DNA of 64,000 nt from NCBI GenBank assembly GCA_036785375.1, contig JAWMAR010000258.1, positions 1,922,001-1,986,000 of the forward strand, written 5' to 3'. The notes beneath the pieces were generated by a model that worked only from the letters and a program-made list of their open reading frames with translations, was not told the origin of the DNA and did no database searches. The translations under genes were made by a program, and so were the position numbers. This document shows positions 38,191 to 52,600 of this stretch, one piece after another. Positions within the stretch are counted from its first letter, which is position 1; each line of letters starts with the position of its first letter. This DNA is from Leucoraja ocellata (Eukaryota).

Positions 38191-39663
38191 CTGTAAAGCA
38201 GAAACGACAGACATTCCCTTCAGTTCAGTTAGAATCACAGAGTCATTACATTACATTGACTTCTCCAATTTCAGGTAGTCCTTGCTTTCTCCCTCCTTCC
38301 CCTCCCCTTCCCAGCTCTCCCACAGCCCACTGTCTCTGCCTCCTCCTTTCTTCTTCCTGCCCCCCACCAAATCAGTCTGAAGAAGGGTCTCGACCCGAAA
38401 CGTCACCTATTCCTTCGCTCCACAGATGCTGCCTCACCCGCTGAGTTTCTCCAGCATTTTGTGTCTACATTACATTAAGTAGTTTTCACAGCAATCGAGG
38501 TTGTGGGGTGCCATCTGCATTGTGTAGTTTTACTCAAGGGCAAGCTGGGTGGATGAGCAGGTCCTCTCCCAGCAAGAAAGAAAGAACACACTACACAACC
38601 AAAATTAAACATAACACACAGAACATCCACCACAGTGAGACCAGCACTTCCTGCTGTGATGGAAGGCACAAACATTCAGTCAGTCAGTCTTCCTTATTCT
38701 GTGGACCCGTGGTCGGGGCCCTGAACCCTCCGCAGTCACCACTACGCACGGCCCAATGTACAGGCCCTCTCGCAGGGACGATGGAAACTCCCACGTTGGG
38801 ACGGATCGGGAACACCCCGCAGCTCGGAATTCCCGAATCGGCCGTATCCCACCGGAGACGGCGGCTTCGCGATGCCACGTCCACAGCCCCAGCGGTCGGG
38901 GCACCTCTTCAGGTGATCCTTGGCGAAGGCCGCAGGCAGCTCCACGATGGTAAAGTCCGTGCCGAGATGGCTCAGGTATGATGTGAAGATAATTGAGATG
39001 TGTTTTTCATCAATTTATCTAATGTACAGTAAACTCTTGTTATAATGAACCATGTTTGATTGTCTGCTATTGCCGGTTGTACACTATAACAGAGTAAGGG
39101 ATTACAGAGTGTAGGAAGGAACTGCAGGCACTGGTTTAAACTGAAGACAGACAAAAAAAGCTGGAGTAACTCAGTGGGACAGGCAGCATCTCTGGAGAGA
39201 AGGAATGGGTGACGTTTCGGGTCGAGACCCTTCTTCAGATTACTATAAGTAGTAGCAACAAACAACTGCCATTGCTGGTTAATGCACTAAATGACACAAT
39301 ATGCTGGGGCAACTCAGTGGGTCAGGCAGCATTACTGGAGAGGATGGATGTGTCATTTAGGGTCGAGATACTTCTCAGTTCAGTCAAGTTTAGTTTAGTT
39401 TATTGTCACGTGTACCGAGGTACAGTGAAAAGCTTTAGTTGCGTGCTAACCAGTCAGCGGAAAGACAATACATGATTACAATCGAGTCATTTACAGTGTA
39501 TAGATACATGATAACGGAATAACGTTTAGTGCAAGGTAAAACCAGTAAAGGCTAATCAGAACCAGGGGCCACAGATTAAGAAAAAGAGGTTGGCCATTTA
39601 AAACAGAGATGAGGAAAAACTTTTTCACCCAGAGAGTTGTGAAACTTGTGAAATTCAAGTTGG

Positions 39664-42050
39664 GTGAATCAAACTGGCAGGGGTGCTGAGGAAGAAGATT
39701 TCTTGGAATGTATGCGGGATAGTTATCTAAACCAACATGTAGAGGAACCAACGAGAGAGCTGGCTATTTTAGACTGGGTATTGAGTAATGAGGAAGGGTT
39801 AGTCAGTAGTCTTGTTGTGCGTGGCCCCTTGGGCAAGAGTGACCATAATATGGTTGAGTTCTTCATTAGGATGGAGAGTGACATTGTTAATTCAGAAGCA
39901 ATGGTTTTGAACTTAAAGAAAGGTAACTTTGAGGGTATGAGACGTGAATTGGCCAAGATTGACTGGCAATTAATTCTAAAAGGGTTGACGGTGGATATGC
40001 AATGGAAGGCATTTAAAGACTGCATGGATGAACTGCAAAAATTGTTCATCCCAGTTTGGCAAAAGAATAAATCAGGGAAGGTAGTGCATCCATGGATAAC
40101 AAAGGAAATCAGGGATAGTATCAAAGCAAAGGATGATGCGTACAAAATAGCCAGAAAAAGCAGCATACCGGAGGACTGGGAGAAATTCAGAGACCAGCAG
40201 AGGAGGACGAAGGGCTTAATTAGGAAAGGAAAAATGGATTATGAAAGAAAACTGGCAGGGAACATAGAAACTGACTGCAAAAGTTTTTATAGATATGTGA
40301 AAAGAAAGAGATTAGTTAAAACAAATGTAGGTCCCTTGCAGTCAGAAACAGGTGAGTTGATCATGGGGAACCAGGATATGGCGGACCAATTGAATAACTA
40401 CTTTGGTTCCGTCTTCACTAAGGAAGACATAAATGATCTGCCGGAAATAGCAGGGGCCCGCGGGTCAAAGGAGGTGGAGGAATTGAGTGAAATCCAGGTT
40501 AGTCGGGAAGTGGTGTTGGGTAAATTGAATGGATTAAAGGCCGATAAATCCCCAGGGCCAGATAGGCTGCATCCCAGAGTACTTAAGGAAGTAGCTCCAG
40601 AAATAGTGGATGCATTAGTAATAATCTTTCAAAACTCTTTAGATTCTGGAGTAGTTCCAGAGGATTGGCGGGTAGCAAACGTAACCCCACTTTTTAAGAA
40701 GGGAGGGAGAGAGAAAACGGGGAATTACAGACCAGTTAGCCTAACATCGGTAGTGGGGAAACTGCTAGAGTCAGTTATTAAAGATGGGATAGCAGCACAT
40801 TTGGAAAGTGGTGAAATCATTGGACAAAGTCAGCATGGATTTACGAAAGGTAAATCATGTCTGACGAATCTTATAGAATTTTTCGAGGATGTAACTAGTA
40901 GCGTGGATAGGGGAGAACCAGTGGATGTGGTGTATCTGGACTCCAGAAGGCTTTCGACAAGGTCCCACATAAGAGATTAGTATACAAACTTAAAGCACAT
41001 GGCATTGGGGGTTCAGTATTGATGTGGATAGAGAACTGGCTGGCAAACAGGAAGCAAAGAGTAGGAGTAAACGGGTCCTTTTCACAATGGCAGGCAGTGA
41101 CTAGTGGGGTACCGCAAGGCTCAGTACTGGGACCCCAGCTATTTACAATATATATTAATGATCTGGATGAGGGAATTGAAGGCAATATCTCCAAGTTTGC
41201 GGATGACACTAAGCTGGGGGGCAGTGTTAGGTGTGAGGAGGATGCTAGGAGACTGCAAGGTGACTTGGATAGGCTAGGTGAGTGGGCAAATGTTTGGCAG
41301 ATGCAGTTTAATGTGGATAAATGTGAGGTTATCCATTTTGGTGGCAAAAACGGGAAAGCAGATTATTATCTAAACGGTGGCCGATTGGGAAAGGGGGAGA
41401 TGCAGCGAGACCTGGGTGTCATTGTACACCAGTCATTGAAGGTAGACATGCAGGTGCAGCAGGCAGTAAAGAAAGCGAATGGCATGTTGGCTTTCATAGC
41501 AAGAGGATTTGAGTATAGGAGCAGGGAGGTTCTACTGCAGTTGTATAGGGTCTTGGTGAGACCACACCTGGAGTATTGCGTGCAGTTTTGGTCTCCAAAT
41601 CTGAGGAAGGACATTATTGCCATAGAGGGAGTGCAGAGAAGGTTCACCAGACTGATTCCTGGGATGTCAGGACTGTCTTATGAAGAAAGACTGGATAGAC
41701 TTGGTTTATACTCTCTAGAATTTAGGAGATTGAGAGGGGATCTTATAGAAACTTACAAAATTCTTAAGGGGTTGGACAGGCTAGATGCAGTAAGATTGTT
41801 CCCGATGTTGGGGAGGTCCAGGACAAGGGGTCACAGCTTAAGGATAAGGGGGAAATCCTTTAAAACCGAGATGAGGAGAACTTTTTTCACACAGAGAGTG
41901 GTGAATCTCTGGAACTCTCTGCCACAGAGGGTAGTTGAGGCCAGTTCGTTGGCTATATTTAAGAGGGAGTTAGATGTGGCCCTTGTGGCTAAGGGGATCA
42001 GAGGGTATGGAGAGAAGGCAGGTACGGTACCTAATTTCTATGTTTCTATG
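39664..42050 (+). mobile_element. Duplicate of the same CR1 insertion, with a 1-bp deletion near 40942
   Basis: ORFs 39664..40980 and 41019..42191; ggactccag versus ggacttccag. Confidence 0.93.
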
Positions 42051-45000
42051 AATCTGTGGAATTCTCTGCCTCAGAAGGCAGTGGAGGCCAATTCTCTGGA
42101 TGCTTTCAGGAGAGAGTTAGATAGAGCTCTTAAAGATAGCGGAGTCAGGGATATGGGGCGAAGGCAGGAATGGGGTACTGATTGGGGATGATCAGCCAGT
42201 AGATCAGTGATTTAATTCAATCCCAGAATGTTCATCATAGTTTGGTGTCGAGGAAGGTTAGCACAGATGTTGGGACAAACATTCAACTCACCAGATTGAA
42301 GAATGGGTTCAATCCAAATGATCAAATAGAAAATAGCTGGAAAAATAAATTGATAGTTTAGATCCAACATGAACGGTTCACAAATGATAGATTTAAAGTA
42401 TTTTTATATAAAATTTAACAATAGAAGATACCCAAGGGCGGCCCAATGGTTCTGCGGTAGAGTTGCTGCCTCACAGCGCCAGAGACCCGGGTTCGATCCT
42501 GACTATGGGTGCTGCCTGTACGGAGCTTGTACGTTCTCCCCGTGACCACGTGTTTTCTCCAAGATCTTCGGTTTCCTCCCACAGTCCAAAGATGGACGGG
42601 TTTGTAGGATAATTGGCATGGTATAAATGTAAAATTATCCCCAGTGTGTGTATGGTATTGCTGATGTAAGGGGATCGCTGGTCGGTGTGGACTCGGTGGG
42701 CCGAAGAGCCTTTTTCCACGCTCTATCTCTAAACTAAACTAACAGCCTAACCAACAAGATCTGGGCCAAAGATTCAGTAATTGTAGACTTTGGAGGCACA
42801 GCACGGAAATAGGCCCTTCGGCCCACCGAGTCCGTGCCGACCAGCGATCCTCACATACTGGCTCTATCCGACATATACTAGGGACAATTATAATTTTTTA
42901 CCAAAGCCAATTAAACTACAAACCCGCACGTCTTTGGAGTGTGGGAGGAAACCGGAGCACCCGGGGAAAACCCACATGGTCACAGGGAGGAAGGTACAAA
43001 CTCTGTACAGACAGCACCCATAGTCAGATGGAACCCGGGTCTCTGGCACTGTGAGGCAGCAACTCTACCGCTGCGCCACCATGCTGCTCGTAGTTGGTGG
43101 GTTGGAGAGCAATAAGGTAGAGGTAGATAGAGAGATACAGCACTGAAACAGGCCCTTCGGCACACTGAGTCCATGCTGACTGACCTAAAGGAGAGTCCTT
43201 TAATTCTGAGGCTGTGACCTCAAAGTAGCTCTTTCTTCCCAATAACCCTTTCTGGCTGAAGTCCTCCCTCCACCACCTCCAGTTTAAATTCCATTTGGAA
43301 TATTTTGGAGGACCAAGAAACCAAAACCAAGAACAAGACTTCTCATCCTAGACTCTCCCACTAGTGGAAACATCCTCTCCACATCCACTCTATCCAAGCC
43401 TTTCACTGTTCCGTACATTTCAATGAGGTCTCCCCTCACCCTTCGAAACTCCAGTGATCCTTCTAACGTTCTTTCCTATCCATCCTATAGAGGTGAGGAT
43501 TCACTGTATTTTCTCACAGAGGCTATTTCGCAACCATCACCAGGTTTACATCTTACAACACTTCAAAGATTGCATCAAAGGAGGAAATCCACACAGCGCT
43601 TATTGCAACATTATCGTGTGAACAAGACACTGAGCAAAATGAGCTGACCAGTCTCATGCTCGCTCGATGCAACACAAAGCCTATCCATCACACCTTGTCT
43701 TTGTAGAATGATTCTTATCATGAGAGAAAATATTATAGAGGAAATAATGCTCAAATTAGATTATCATACTGTGTAAGTTATTACTGCAATGAAATTCATC
43801 AGAGTGCTACAACTCATAGAAACCTAGAAATTAGATGCAGGAGTAGGCCATTCGGCCCTTCGAGCCAGCACCGCCATACAATATCATCATGGCTGATCAT
43901 CCAAATTCAGTACCCCGTTCCGGCTTTTTCCCTCATACCCCTTGATTCTGTTAGCCCTAAGAGCTAAGTCTAACTCTCTCTTGAAAACATCCAGTGAATT
44001 GGCCTCCACTGACTTCTGTGGCAGAGAATTCCACATATTCTGAACTCACTGGGTGAAAAGGTTTCTCCTCATCTCAGTCCTAAATGGCCGACCTCTTATT
44101 CTTAAACTGTGTGGCCCCTGGTTCTGGAGTCCCTCAAAATGGGGAACATTTTGTGGGGGTGGGGGTGTAGGGAAGGGGGTGGGGGTGTGGAGATGTTGAG
44201 AAGGATGTAGGGGTGGGGATGGGGTTGTGGAGATGTGGGGAATGGGATGGGGGACGGGGTGGAGGTGTAGAGGTGTAGAGGTGGGGGTGTGTGGGTGTGG
44301 GGATGGGTGGGGGTGTGGGTTGTGGGTGGGGGTGTGGGTGGGGCTGGGTGTGGGGATGGGGGTGTGTGAGTGTGAGTTATGGGGGTGGGGTGGGGTTGTG
44401 TGGGTGTGGGTGGGGCTGGGTGTGGGGTGGGGGTGTGTGAGTGTGGGGTTGTGTGGGGTGGGGTTGTGTGGGTGTGAGTGTGGGTTATGGTGGGGGTGTG
44501 GTGGGGGGGTGGGGATAACGGGCTTTGGGAAACCTGGAGGACTGTTTCTCCAGGACTATTTTTCGATGGGGCAGGGATATGTGGATGGTACCGTGCATTG
44601 AGGGGTGGGTGGGGAAGCAGCTGACTCACCGTGAAGCAGGCGTCCACTCTCCCTCCGCATCCTCCCCGGCGGCTCTGTCTCTGGATCACCGCGGACCTGC
44701 TGGTGGTTGAGAAGAATTTCAGCAAATCCCATCCCACGGCGATGCCCAGCGCCGACACGGCAAAGGTGACGGGGAGGGGGGGCGGCGTGGATACGGCCTT
44801 CAATGTGGCCCGGCTACACTGTGGTGGCTCTCCCGTGACTGCACGGCACGGTGACACAGCGGGTAGAGTCACCACCTCACAGCGCCACAGACCCGGGTTC
44901 AATCCCCACCTCAGGTGACCGTGTGGGTTTTCTCCGGGTGCTCCGGTTTCCTCCCACATCCCAAAGCCGTACAAGTTTGTAGCTTAATTGGCCCCCTGTA

Positions 45001-46172
45001 AATTGTACCCTCGTGGATGAGAACATTGGATTATATGGAATTAGTGTGTACGGGTGATCGATGGTCGGCGTGGACTCGGTGGGCCGAAGGGCCTGTGTCT
45101 GTACTGTATCTCGAAACTAAACTAAACCAATTTTCCAGTTTTGATGAGAGATCTAATGATATATATTTAACATGCTGCACCAGAAACAGGCCCTTCGGCC
45201 CAACTTGGCCATGCTAACCGAGATGCCCTAACTATGTTTCAGAAAGAACTGCAGAGGCTGTAAAAAATCGAAGGTAGACGAAAATGCAGGAGGAACTCAG
45301 CAGGTGAGGCAACACCTCTGCAGAAAAGGAATAGGTAACGTTTCGGGTCAGAAGCCTTCAAACTGTTGAGTAACTCAGTTTATCAGGCAGTAACTTCTAC
45401 AAATATTTATAAGATTATAAGAATATAAATGAGGCAGGAGCAAAGTTAGGCCATTCGGCCCATCAAGTCTACTCCACCATTCAATCATGGTTGATCTATC
45501 TCTCCCTCCTAACCCCATTCTCCTGCCTTCTCCCCATAACCTCTGACACCCACACTAATCAAGACATAGTCCTGCCTTCCTCTCCCTTCCCTCACCCACT
45601 GGCTTGGTACAATTATAAAATGTTCCCAGTGTGTGTAGGATAGTGTTAATGTACGGGGATCGCTGGTCGGCGCCGACTCAGTGGGCCGAAAGTCCTCAAA
45701 AATATGGACTTCCCTCTGAGTGAAAAAGTTGCCTTGAAGTCCCTATTGGATCACTCCCCTCACCTTAACCCGACACACTCTAGTTTTAGAATCCTATACC
45801 CGGGGAAAAAGAATGTTACCGTTCAATTTATTCATACCCCTCATGATCATGTACACCTCAATAAGGTCACCACATCCCCCTAGGCTCTAATGAACAAAGT
45901 CCCAGCCTATCCAACCTCTCCCTGTATCTCAAGCCCGCAAGTCCAGGTGCAGTTGAATCTCGCTTGCACCCTTTCCAACTTGATGACATTTTTCCCGTAG
46001 CTGGGTGACCACAAATACACACAACACTCTTAGAGTGGCCTCAGGGGCAATTTTTTCTCTCAGAGGGTAATCGGTACCTGGAGCTTAGATTAGTTTAGTT
46101 TTGAGATATGCCATGGAAATACGCCCTTCAGCCCACAAAATCCATACTGTCCAGCTATACTAACTCTGCACA

Positions 46173-46664
46173 TAGGGTTGCCAACTTTCTCACTCCCAAA
46201 TAAGGGACAAAAGGTCAAAATACGGGACAAATTCCCGACGGCAATTCGTTGACCGACTCGGCCGTGGCTGTGTGAATGAGTTGGCCCGGGTGCTGGACTG
46301 CATACAAAGCCCAGCCGGCAGGTCAGCTGAGGAGCTTTGGCCCGAGCCACGCCAAAAGTCCAGCACCCCATCCAACTCATGAACCGATCATCGGCCATCG
46401 GTGGTGTCGGCGGTAAGCAAAGGTCCGAAGGTCGGACAGCTGGCTGGGCTGCCGAGCGACGAGGACACGGTGGAGGCGCTGCTGCTGCTGCTGCTGCACT
46501 CCATGGGCTGCACTACGTCGGGACGGGTGAGGCGGGGCCGGACCTCGACCCTCGACCCGAGTAGCAGCAGTCAAATACGGGACAGGGGCGGTCCCATACG
46601 GGACAAACAGATTTAGCCCAATATATGGAATGTCCCGGCTAATACGGGCCAGTTGGCAATCCCA
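46173..46664. mobile_element. hAT-like non-autonomous DNA transposon inserted in a SINE; the copy at 25020-25459 lacks its right end
   Basis: TIRs tagggttgccaac / gttggcaatccca; 8-bp flanks tctgcaca / cctgcaca. Confidence 0.7.
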
Positions 46665-49600
46665 CCTGCACACAAACACTATCCTACATACTCGGGACAA
46701 TTTACAATAATACCAAGCCATTTTAACCTACAAACCTGTACATTTTTGGGGTGGACTGAAGTTGTTGATATAATTATGACTTTCACAAGACATTTGGACA
46801 GATATACTGTATAGTTAAACACAAAGAAACATATTCTGATCCTATTTTAATAGACTAAAGTGACCTGCTGAGTTACTCCAGCACTTTGTGTCTATCTAAA
46901 CAAAACTATATTGCAGTATCTATGTTTCCAGTTATATTTTTCCTGCAAAACTGGATTGTGTCACTACATTCCGTCATTATGTGGGAAATAAGAATGGCCC
47001 AGGTCGGCAACAGTTAACAAAGCAAGTTTACTGGATGTAGAAACCCCCAACATCAGTCTGAAGAAGTGTCTCGACCCGAAACGTCACCCATTCCTTCTCT
47101 CCAGAGATGCTGCCTCACTGCTGAATTACTCCGGCAATTTTGACTACCTTCGATTTTTCCAGCATCTGCAGTTCTTTCTTAAACAAGGAACTGAAAATAC
47201 TGGTTTATACCAAAGATAGACACAAAGTGCTGGAGTAGCTCATCAGGTCAGGCAGCATCTCTGGAGAACGTGGATAGGTGACGTTTCGGGTCGGGACCCT
47301 TCTTCAGACTGATCCCAATCATTCAAACCAAAACATTTACTTGTCAGTCTCACCCCATCAAAGATATTCCCTTCATTCCTCTCACCCCTCTGCCCGATTT
47401 CTTGGCTACTAACTTAGTTTCCGCCACTCCCCAGCTCAGAAGCTGGCCCTGAAACTTGAAGTGTGTAGGAAGGAACTGTAGATGCTGGTTTACACCAATG
47501 ATAGGCACAAAATGCTGGGTAACTCAGCGGGACAGGCAGCATCTCTGGAGAAAAGAAATAGGTGATGTTTCTGGTCAAGACCCATCTTCAGACACTGAAG
47601 CATGATCTCTGTTTCTCTCTCCATGGAGTCTGCCTGACCTGCTGTGTGTTTTCACCATGTCATAGAGTGATACAGCGTGGAAATAGGCCCTTCGGCCCAA
47701 CGCCCATACCGACCAATATGCCCCATCTACACTAGTCCCACTTGCCTGCGCTTGGTCCATATCCTTCCAAACCTGTCCTATCCATGTACCTGTCTAAATA
47801 TTCCTTCAACGTTACGTTAAGATAGTCCCTGTCTCAACTTCCTCCTCTGGCAGCTTGTTCCATACAGACACAACCCGTTGCATGAAAAAGTTAACCCCTC
47901 AGGTTCCTATTAAATCTTTCCCCCCCTCACCTTAAACCCATGTCCTCTGGTCCTCGATTCACCTACTCTGGGCAAGACACTCTGTGCGTCTACCCAATTT
48001 ATTCCTCTCATGATTTCCTCATACACCTCTATAAGATCACCCCTCATCCTCCTGTGCTCCAAGGAATAGAGTCCCAGCCTGCTCAACCTCTCCTTATAGC
48101 TCACACCCTCTAGTCCTGGCAACATCCTTGTAAATCTTCTCTGCACCATTTCCAGCTTGACAACATCTTTCCTGTAACACGGTGACCAGAACTGAACACA
48201 GCATTCTAAATGCGGCCTCACCAATGTCTTGTACAACTGCAACACAACCTCCCAACTTCCATGCTCAATGCCCTGATGGACAAAGGCCATTGAACCAAAA
48301 GGCTTTTTGACCTCCCTATCTATTGTGATGCCACTTTCAAGGAACTATGTACCAGTAGCACGCCTGTCAAACAGTTTAAAGACTGGTCTCGACCTGAAAC
48401 GTCACCCATCCGTCTCTCGAGATGCTGCCTGTCCCGCTGAGTTACTCCAGCATTTTGTGTCTACCTGTACTACCAGTCCCCCCTGCTCTACACCCTCCCC
48501 AGAGCCCTACCGTTCACTGTGCAGCTTCTGCCCATGTTAGTGCTCTGGGTTTATGCTGGAATTTAGTTTTTAACTGTGGTCAGATCAAGTACTTCAACAT
48601 TACCGGTCAAACAAAACATTGTCACTTATTGAGCGAGTTACCTCAGTGATAACAACTTGAAGCTTTATGGATGGGACACACTCCAATGAAAAAGGCGACG
48701 GGTGCTTTCAGCTTCCAGAAGCTTCCGACGACGACGTCTTCCCGTTACTTCTGCGGTGGGGTGTGAGTGCAGCTTCTAGATGCTTCTAGAATGATCGAGA
48801 AGCGGCACATAGTGTGATGGGACGATATCTCTCGAGCAAGACTGCTCTGCTGTGGAATGGTTGGAGATTCGTTCAGGTCTTGCTAGCAAAGCAGAAGTGG
48901 GCGAGAACGTTAATCTAACTAATGCATCAAGCGATAAAGGAAATGGTGATGCTCTACAAACACTCCAATAGGTAGGTCAAGTCAAGGTCATGGTTTATGA
49001 TCATGTGTCCCAGATAGGACGATGAAATTCTTGCTTGCTGCAGCACAACAGAATATAGTAGACATAAATACAGAACAGTTCAGTGTGTCTATATAGCATA
49101 GACCGTATATATACACACATAAATAAATAGATAAAGCGCAATAGACTGTTATAGTTCAGAGTTTGTTTGATGGCTAGTTTAATAGTCTGATGGCTATGGA
49201 GAAGAAGCTGTTCCTGAACCTGGATGTACCAGATTTGAGGCTCCTGTACCTTGTACCTGATGGCAGCGGAGAGATGAGTGTGTGGCCAGGATGGTGTGGG
49301 TCCTTGATGATGTTGGCAACCATTTTGAGGCAGCGACTGTGATAGATCCCTTCAATGGTGGGAAGGTCAGTGCCGATGATGATGGGCAGAGGTCACAACT
49401 TTCTGCTTTCTTTTCCGCTCCGGGACGCTCAAGTTGCCGAACCAAGCCACGATGCAACCAGTCAGTATGCTTTCTGTGCACCTATAGAAGTTCGAAAGAG
49501 TCCTCTTTGACATACCGACTCCATAATCTTCTCAGAAAGCACATTGATGTGCTTTCTTTATAATTGCATCAATGTGCTGGGACCAGGAAAGGTCTTTGGA

Positions 49601-52600
49601 GATATGCACGCGCAGGAATTTGAAGTTCTTGACCCTTTCCACCATCATCCCATTAATATAAACAGGATTGTGTGTCCCTATCCTACCGCTTCCAAAGTCC
49701 ACAATCAGTTCCTTGGTTTTGCTGGTGTTGAGAGCCAGGTTATTGTGCTGGCACCATTTGGTCAATCGGTCGAGCTCACTTCTATACTTGACTCGTCCCC
49801 ATCAGTGATACATCGCACAACAGGAACTAACATGCAGGTTTGTTGAACTGGAAAGCAGGAATCATGTGCTTCAAGTCTCACGTCAGCCTCGAGCCACTTC
49901 GATATCAGCAGAACTGAAGTGGAATAGTTATTTTAGTTTTGTTTAGTTTTGTTTAGATATACTGCATGGAACCAGGCCCTTTGGCCCACTGAGTCCCTGC
50001 TGACCAGCGATCGTCCCGTACACTAGTTTAGTTTAGTTTAATTTAGAGATACAGCATGGAAACAGGTCCTTTGGCCCACCGGGTCCATGTTGACCAGCGA
50101 ACGTCCCGTACACTAGTTTAATTTACTTTAATTTAGAGATACAGCGTGGAAACAGGCCCTCCGAGTTCACACCAACCATCAACCAACTCGTACACTAATT
50201 CTATCCTACACGCCAGGGTAATTTACAGAAGTCAATTAACCTACAACCCTGAACGTCTTTAGAAACGTTTCTCTTAACTTTAGCTAAAAAATAAAATCGA
50301 AGCTGTACAATAACTGTATTATGTCATATGCCGATGTTTATATTTTTGTACACTGCTTCTAATAAATAAAAATGAAAAAATAAATAAATAAACAAACTGG
50401 GGCACATAGAGAAAACCTACGCGGTCACAAGGCCATCGAGCAAACTCCATACAGACAGCATCCTGAGTAAGGATCGAACCCAGGTCTCTGGCACTGTGAG
50501 GTAGCAACTCTACCGCTGCACCACCGTGCCACTATTATCACTAATTATCTCCAACCCCAAGGGAACATGAAATAGACAATAGACAATAGGTGCAGGAGTA
50601 AGCCATTTGGCCCTTCGAGCCTGCACGGCCAATGAATTTGATCATCCCCAATCAGTACCCCGTTCCTGCCTTCTCCCCATATCCCCTGACTCCGCTATTT
50701 TTAAGAGCCGTATCTAGCTCTCTCTTGAAAGCAACCAGAGAACCTGCCTCCACCACCCTTTGAGGCAGAGAATTCCACAGACTCGCCACTCTCTGTGAGA
50801 AAAAGTGTTTCCTCGTCTCCGTTCTAAATGGCTTACTCCTTATTCTTAAACTGTGGCCCCTGGTTCTGGACTCCCCCAACATCGGGAACATGTTTCTTGC
50901 CTCTAGAGTGTCCAAGTCCTTAACAATCTTATACGTTTCAATGAGATATCCTCTCATCCTTCTAAACTTCCGAGTGTAAAAACCCAGCTGCTCCATTCTC
51001 TCTGCATAAGACAGTCCCGCCATCCTGGGAATTAACCTTGTAAACCTACGCTGCACTCCCTCAATAGCAAGAATGTCCTTCCTCAAATTAGGGGACCAAA
51101 ATTGCCCACAATACTCCAGGTGTGATTTCACTCGGGCTTTGTACAACTGCAGAAGGACCTCTTTGCTACTATATTCGATTCCTCTTGTTATAAAGGCCAA
51201 CATGCCATTCGCTTTCTTTACTGCCTGCTGTATCTGCATGCTTACTTTCATAAACTGATGTCCAAAGACCCCCAGATCGTGTTGTACATCCCCTTTTCCC
51301 AACTTGACGCCATTTAGATAGTAATCTGCCTTCCTGTTTTTGCTACCAGTGGATAACCTCACATTTATCCGCATTAAACTTCATCTGCCATGCATCTGCC
51401 CACTCACCCAACCTGTCCAAAGGGTCCTCTAATTCTGAGGCTAAGACCTCTAGTCCTAGACTCTCCCACCAGTGGAAACATCCTCTCCACATCCACTCTA
51501 TCCGGGCCTTTCGCCATTCTGTACATTTTAATGAGGTCTCCCCTTATTCTTCTAAACTCCAGCGAGTACAGGCCCAGTGCCGACAAACACTAATCATAGG
51601 TTAACCTACTAATTCCTGGAATCATTCTTGTAAGCCTCCTCTGGACCCTCTCCAGAGCCACCATATCCTTCCTCAGATATGGTGCCCAAAATTGCTCACA
51701 AAATTCCAAATGCGGCCTGACCAGTACCTTATAGAGGCTCAACATTACATCCCCGTTTTTGTATACAAACCCTCTTGAAATACATGAGTTTTTTTCTTTA
51801 CTACAGATTCGACCTGCAGATTAACATTTTGGGGTTCCTGCACCAGCACTCCCAAGTCCCTTTGCACCTCCGATTTCTGGATTCTCTCCCCACTTAGAAA
51901 TAGTCTACGCCTTTATTCCTACGACCAAAATGCATGACTCCACACTTTGCTCCACTATATTCCATCTGCCCACTCTACCAACCTGTCCTTCTGCAGAGTC
52001 CCTGCTTTCTCTACACTACCTGCCCCTCCACCTATTTTTGTATCATCTGCAAACTTTGTCACACATCCTTCAATCTCCCCGTCCAAATCATTAATATTCA
52101 AGGGACCTGGGTTTGATCCCGATTACGGGTGCTGTCTGTACGGAGTTTGCACGTTCTCCCCATGACCTGCGTGGGTTTTCTCCGAGATCTGCGGCTTCCT
52201 CCCACACTCCAAGGACGCACAGGTTTGTAGGTTAATTGCCTTGGTAAAATTGTAAATTGTCCCTACTGTGTGTTAGTGTGCGGGATCGCTGGTCGGTGCA
52301 GGCATGGTGGGTCGAAGGGCCTGTTTTTGCGCTGGATCTCCAAACTAAACATCCTTCCTGTAATGTGGGTGACCACAACTACACACAAGGTCGATGCTGT
52401 TGTTAGTCCTTTCGTACAGAGCTGCAGTTTATCACTGCGTCAGTAACACTACAGACCATTCTGTAGCTACATTTATACTGGCCCATAGATATTAATTACT
52501 GAAACTTCATATCTACGGTATTAAGATATTAACGTATCTTCACCCAAACTATCAGTGGGGGGGTTATGGATTCTGGATGATGGTTATTGTTGATAGAATT

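Larger units (their letters stand above)
32181..44660 (-). pseudogene. Copy A': duplicate of gene A exons 1-8 (44630-44660, 42292-42336, 37858-38190, 37429-37496, 35265-35357, 34411-34506, 32730-32908, 32181-32300), with a +1 frameshift in exon 7 and no exons 9-14 before the N-gap
   Basis: Near-identical exons and introns. Exon 7 is 179 nt rather than 178 (extra C at 32822-32824). Could be a truncated paralog, a paralog broken by the gap, or an unmerged haplotype. Confidence 0.7.
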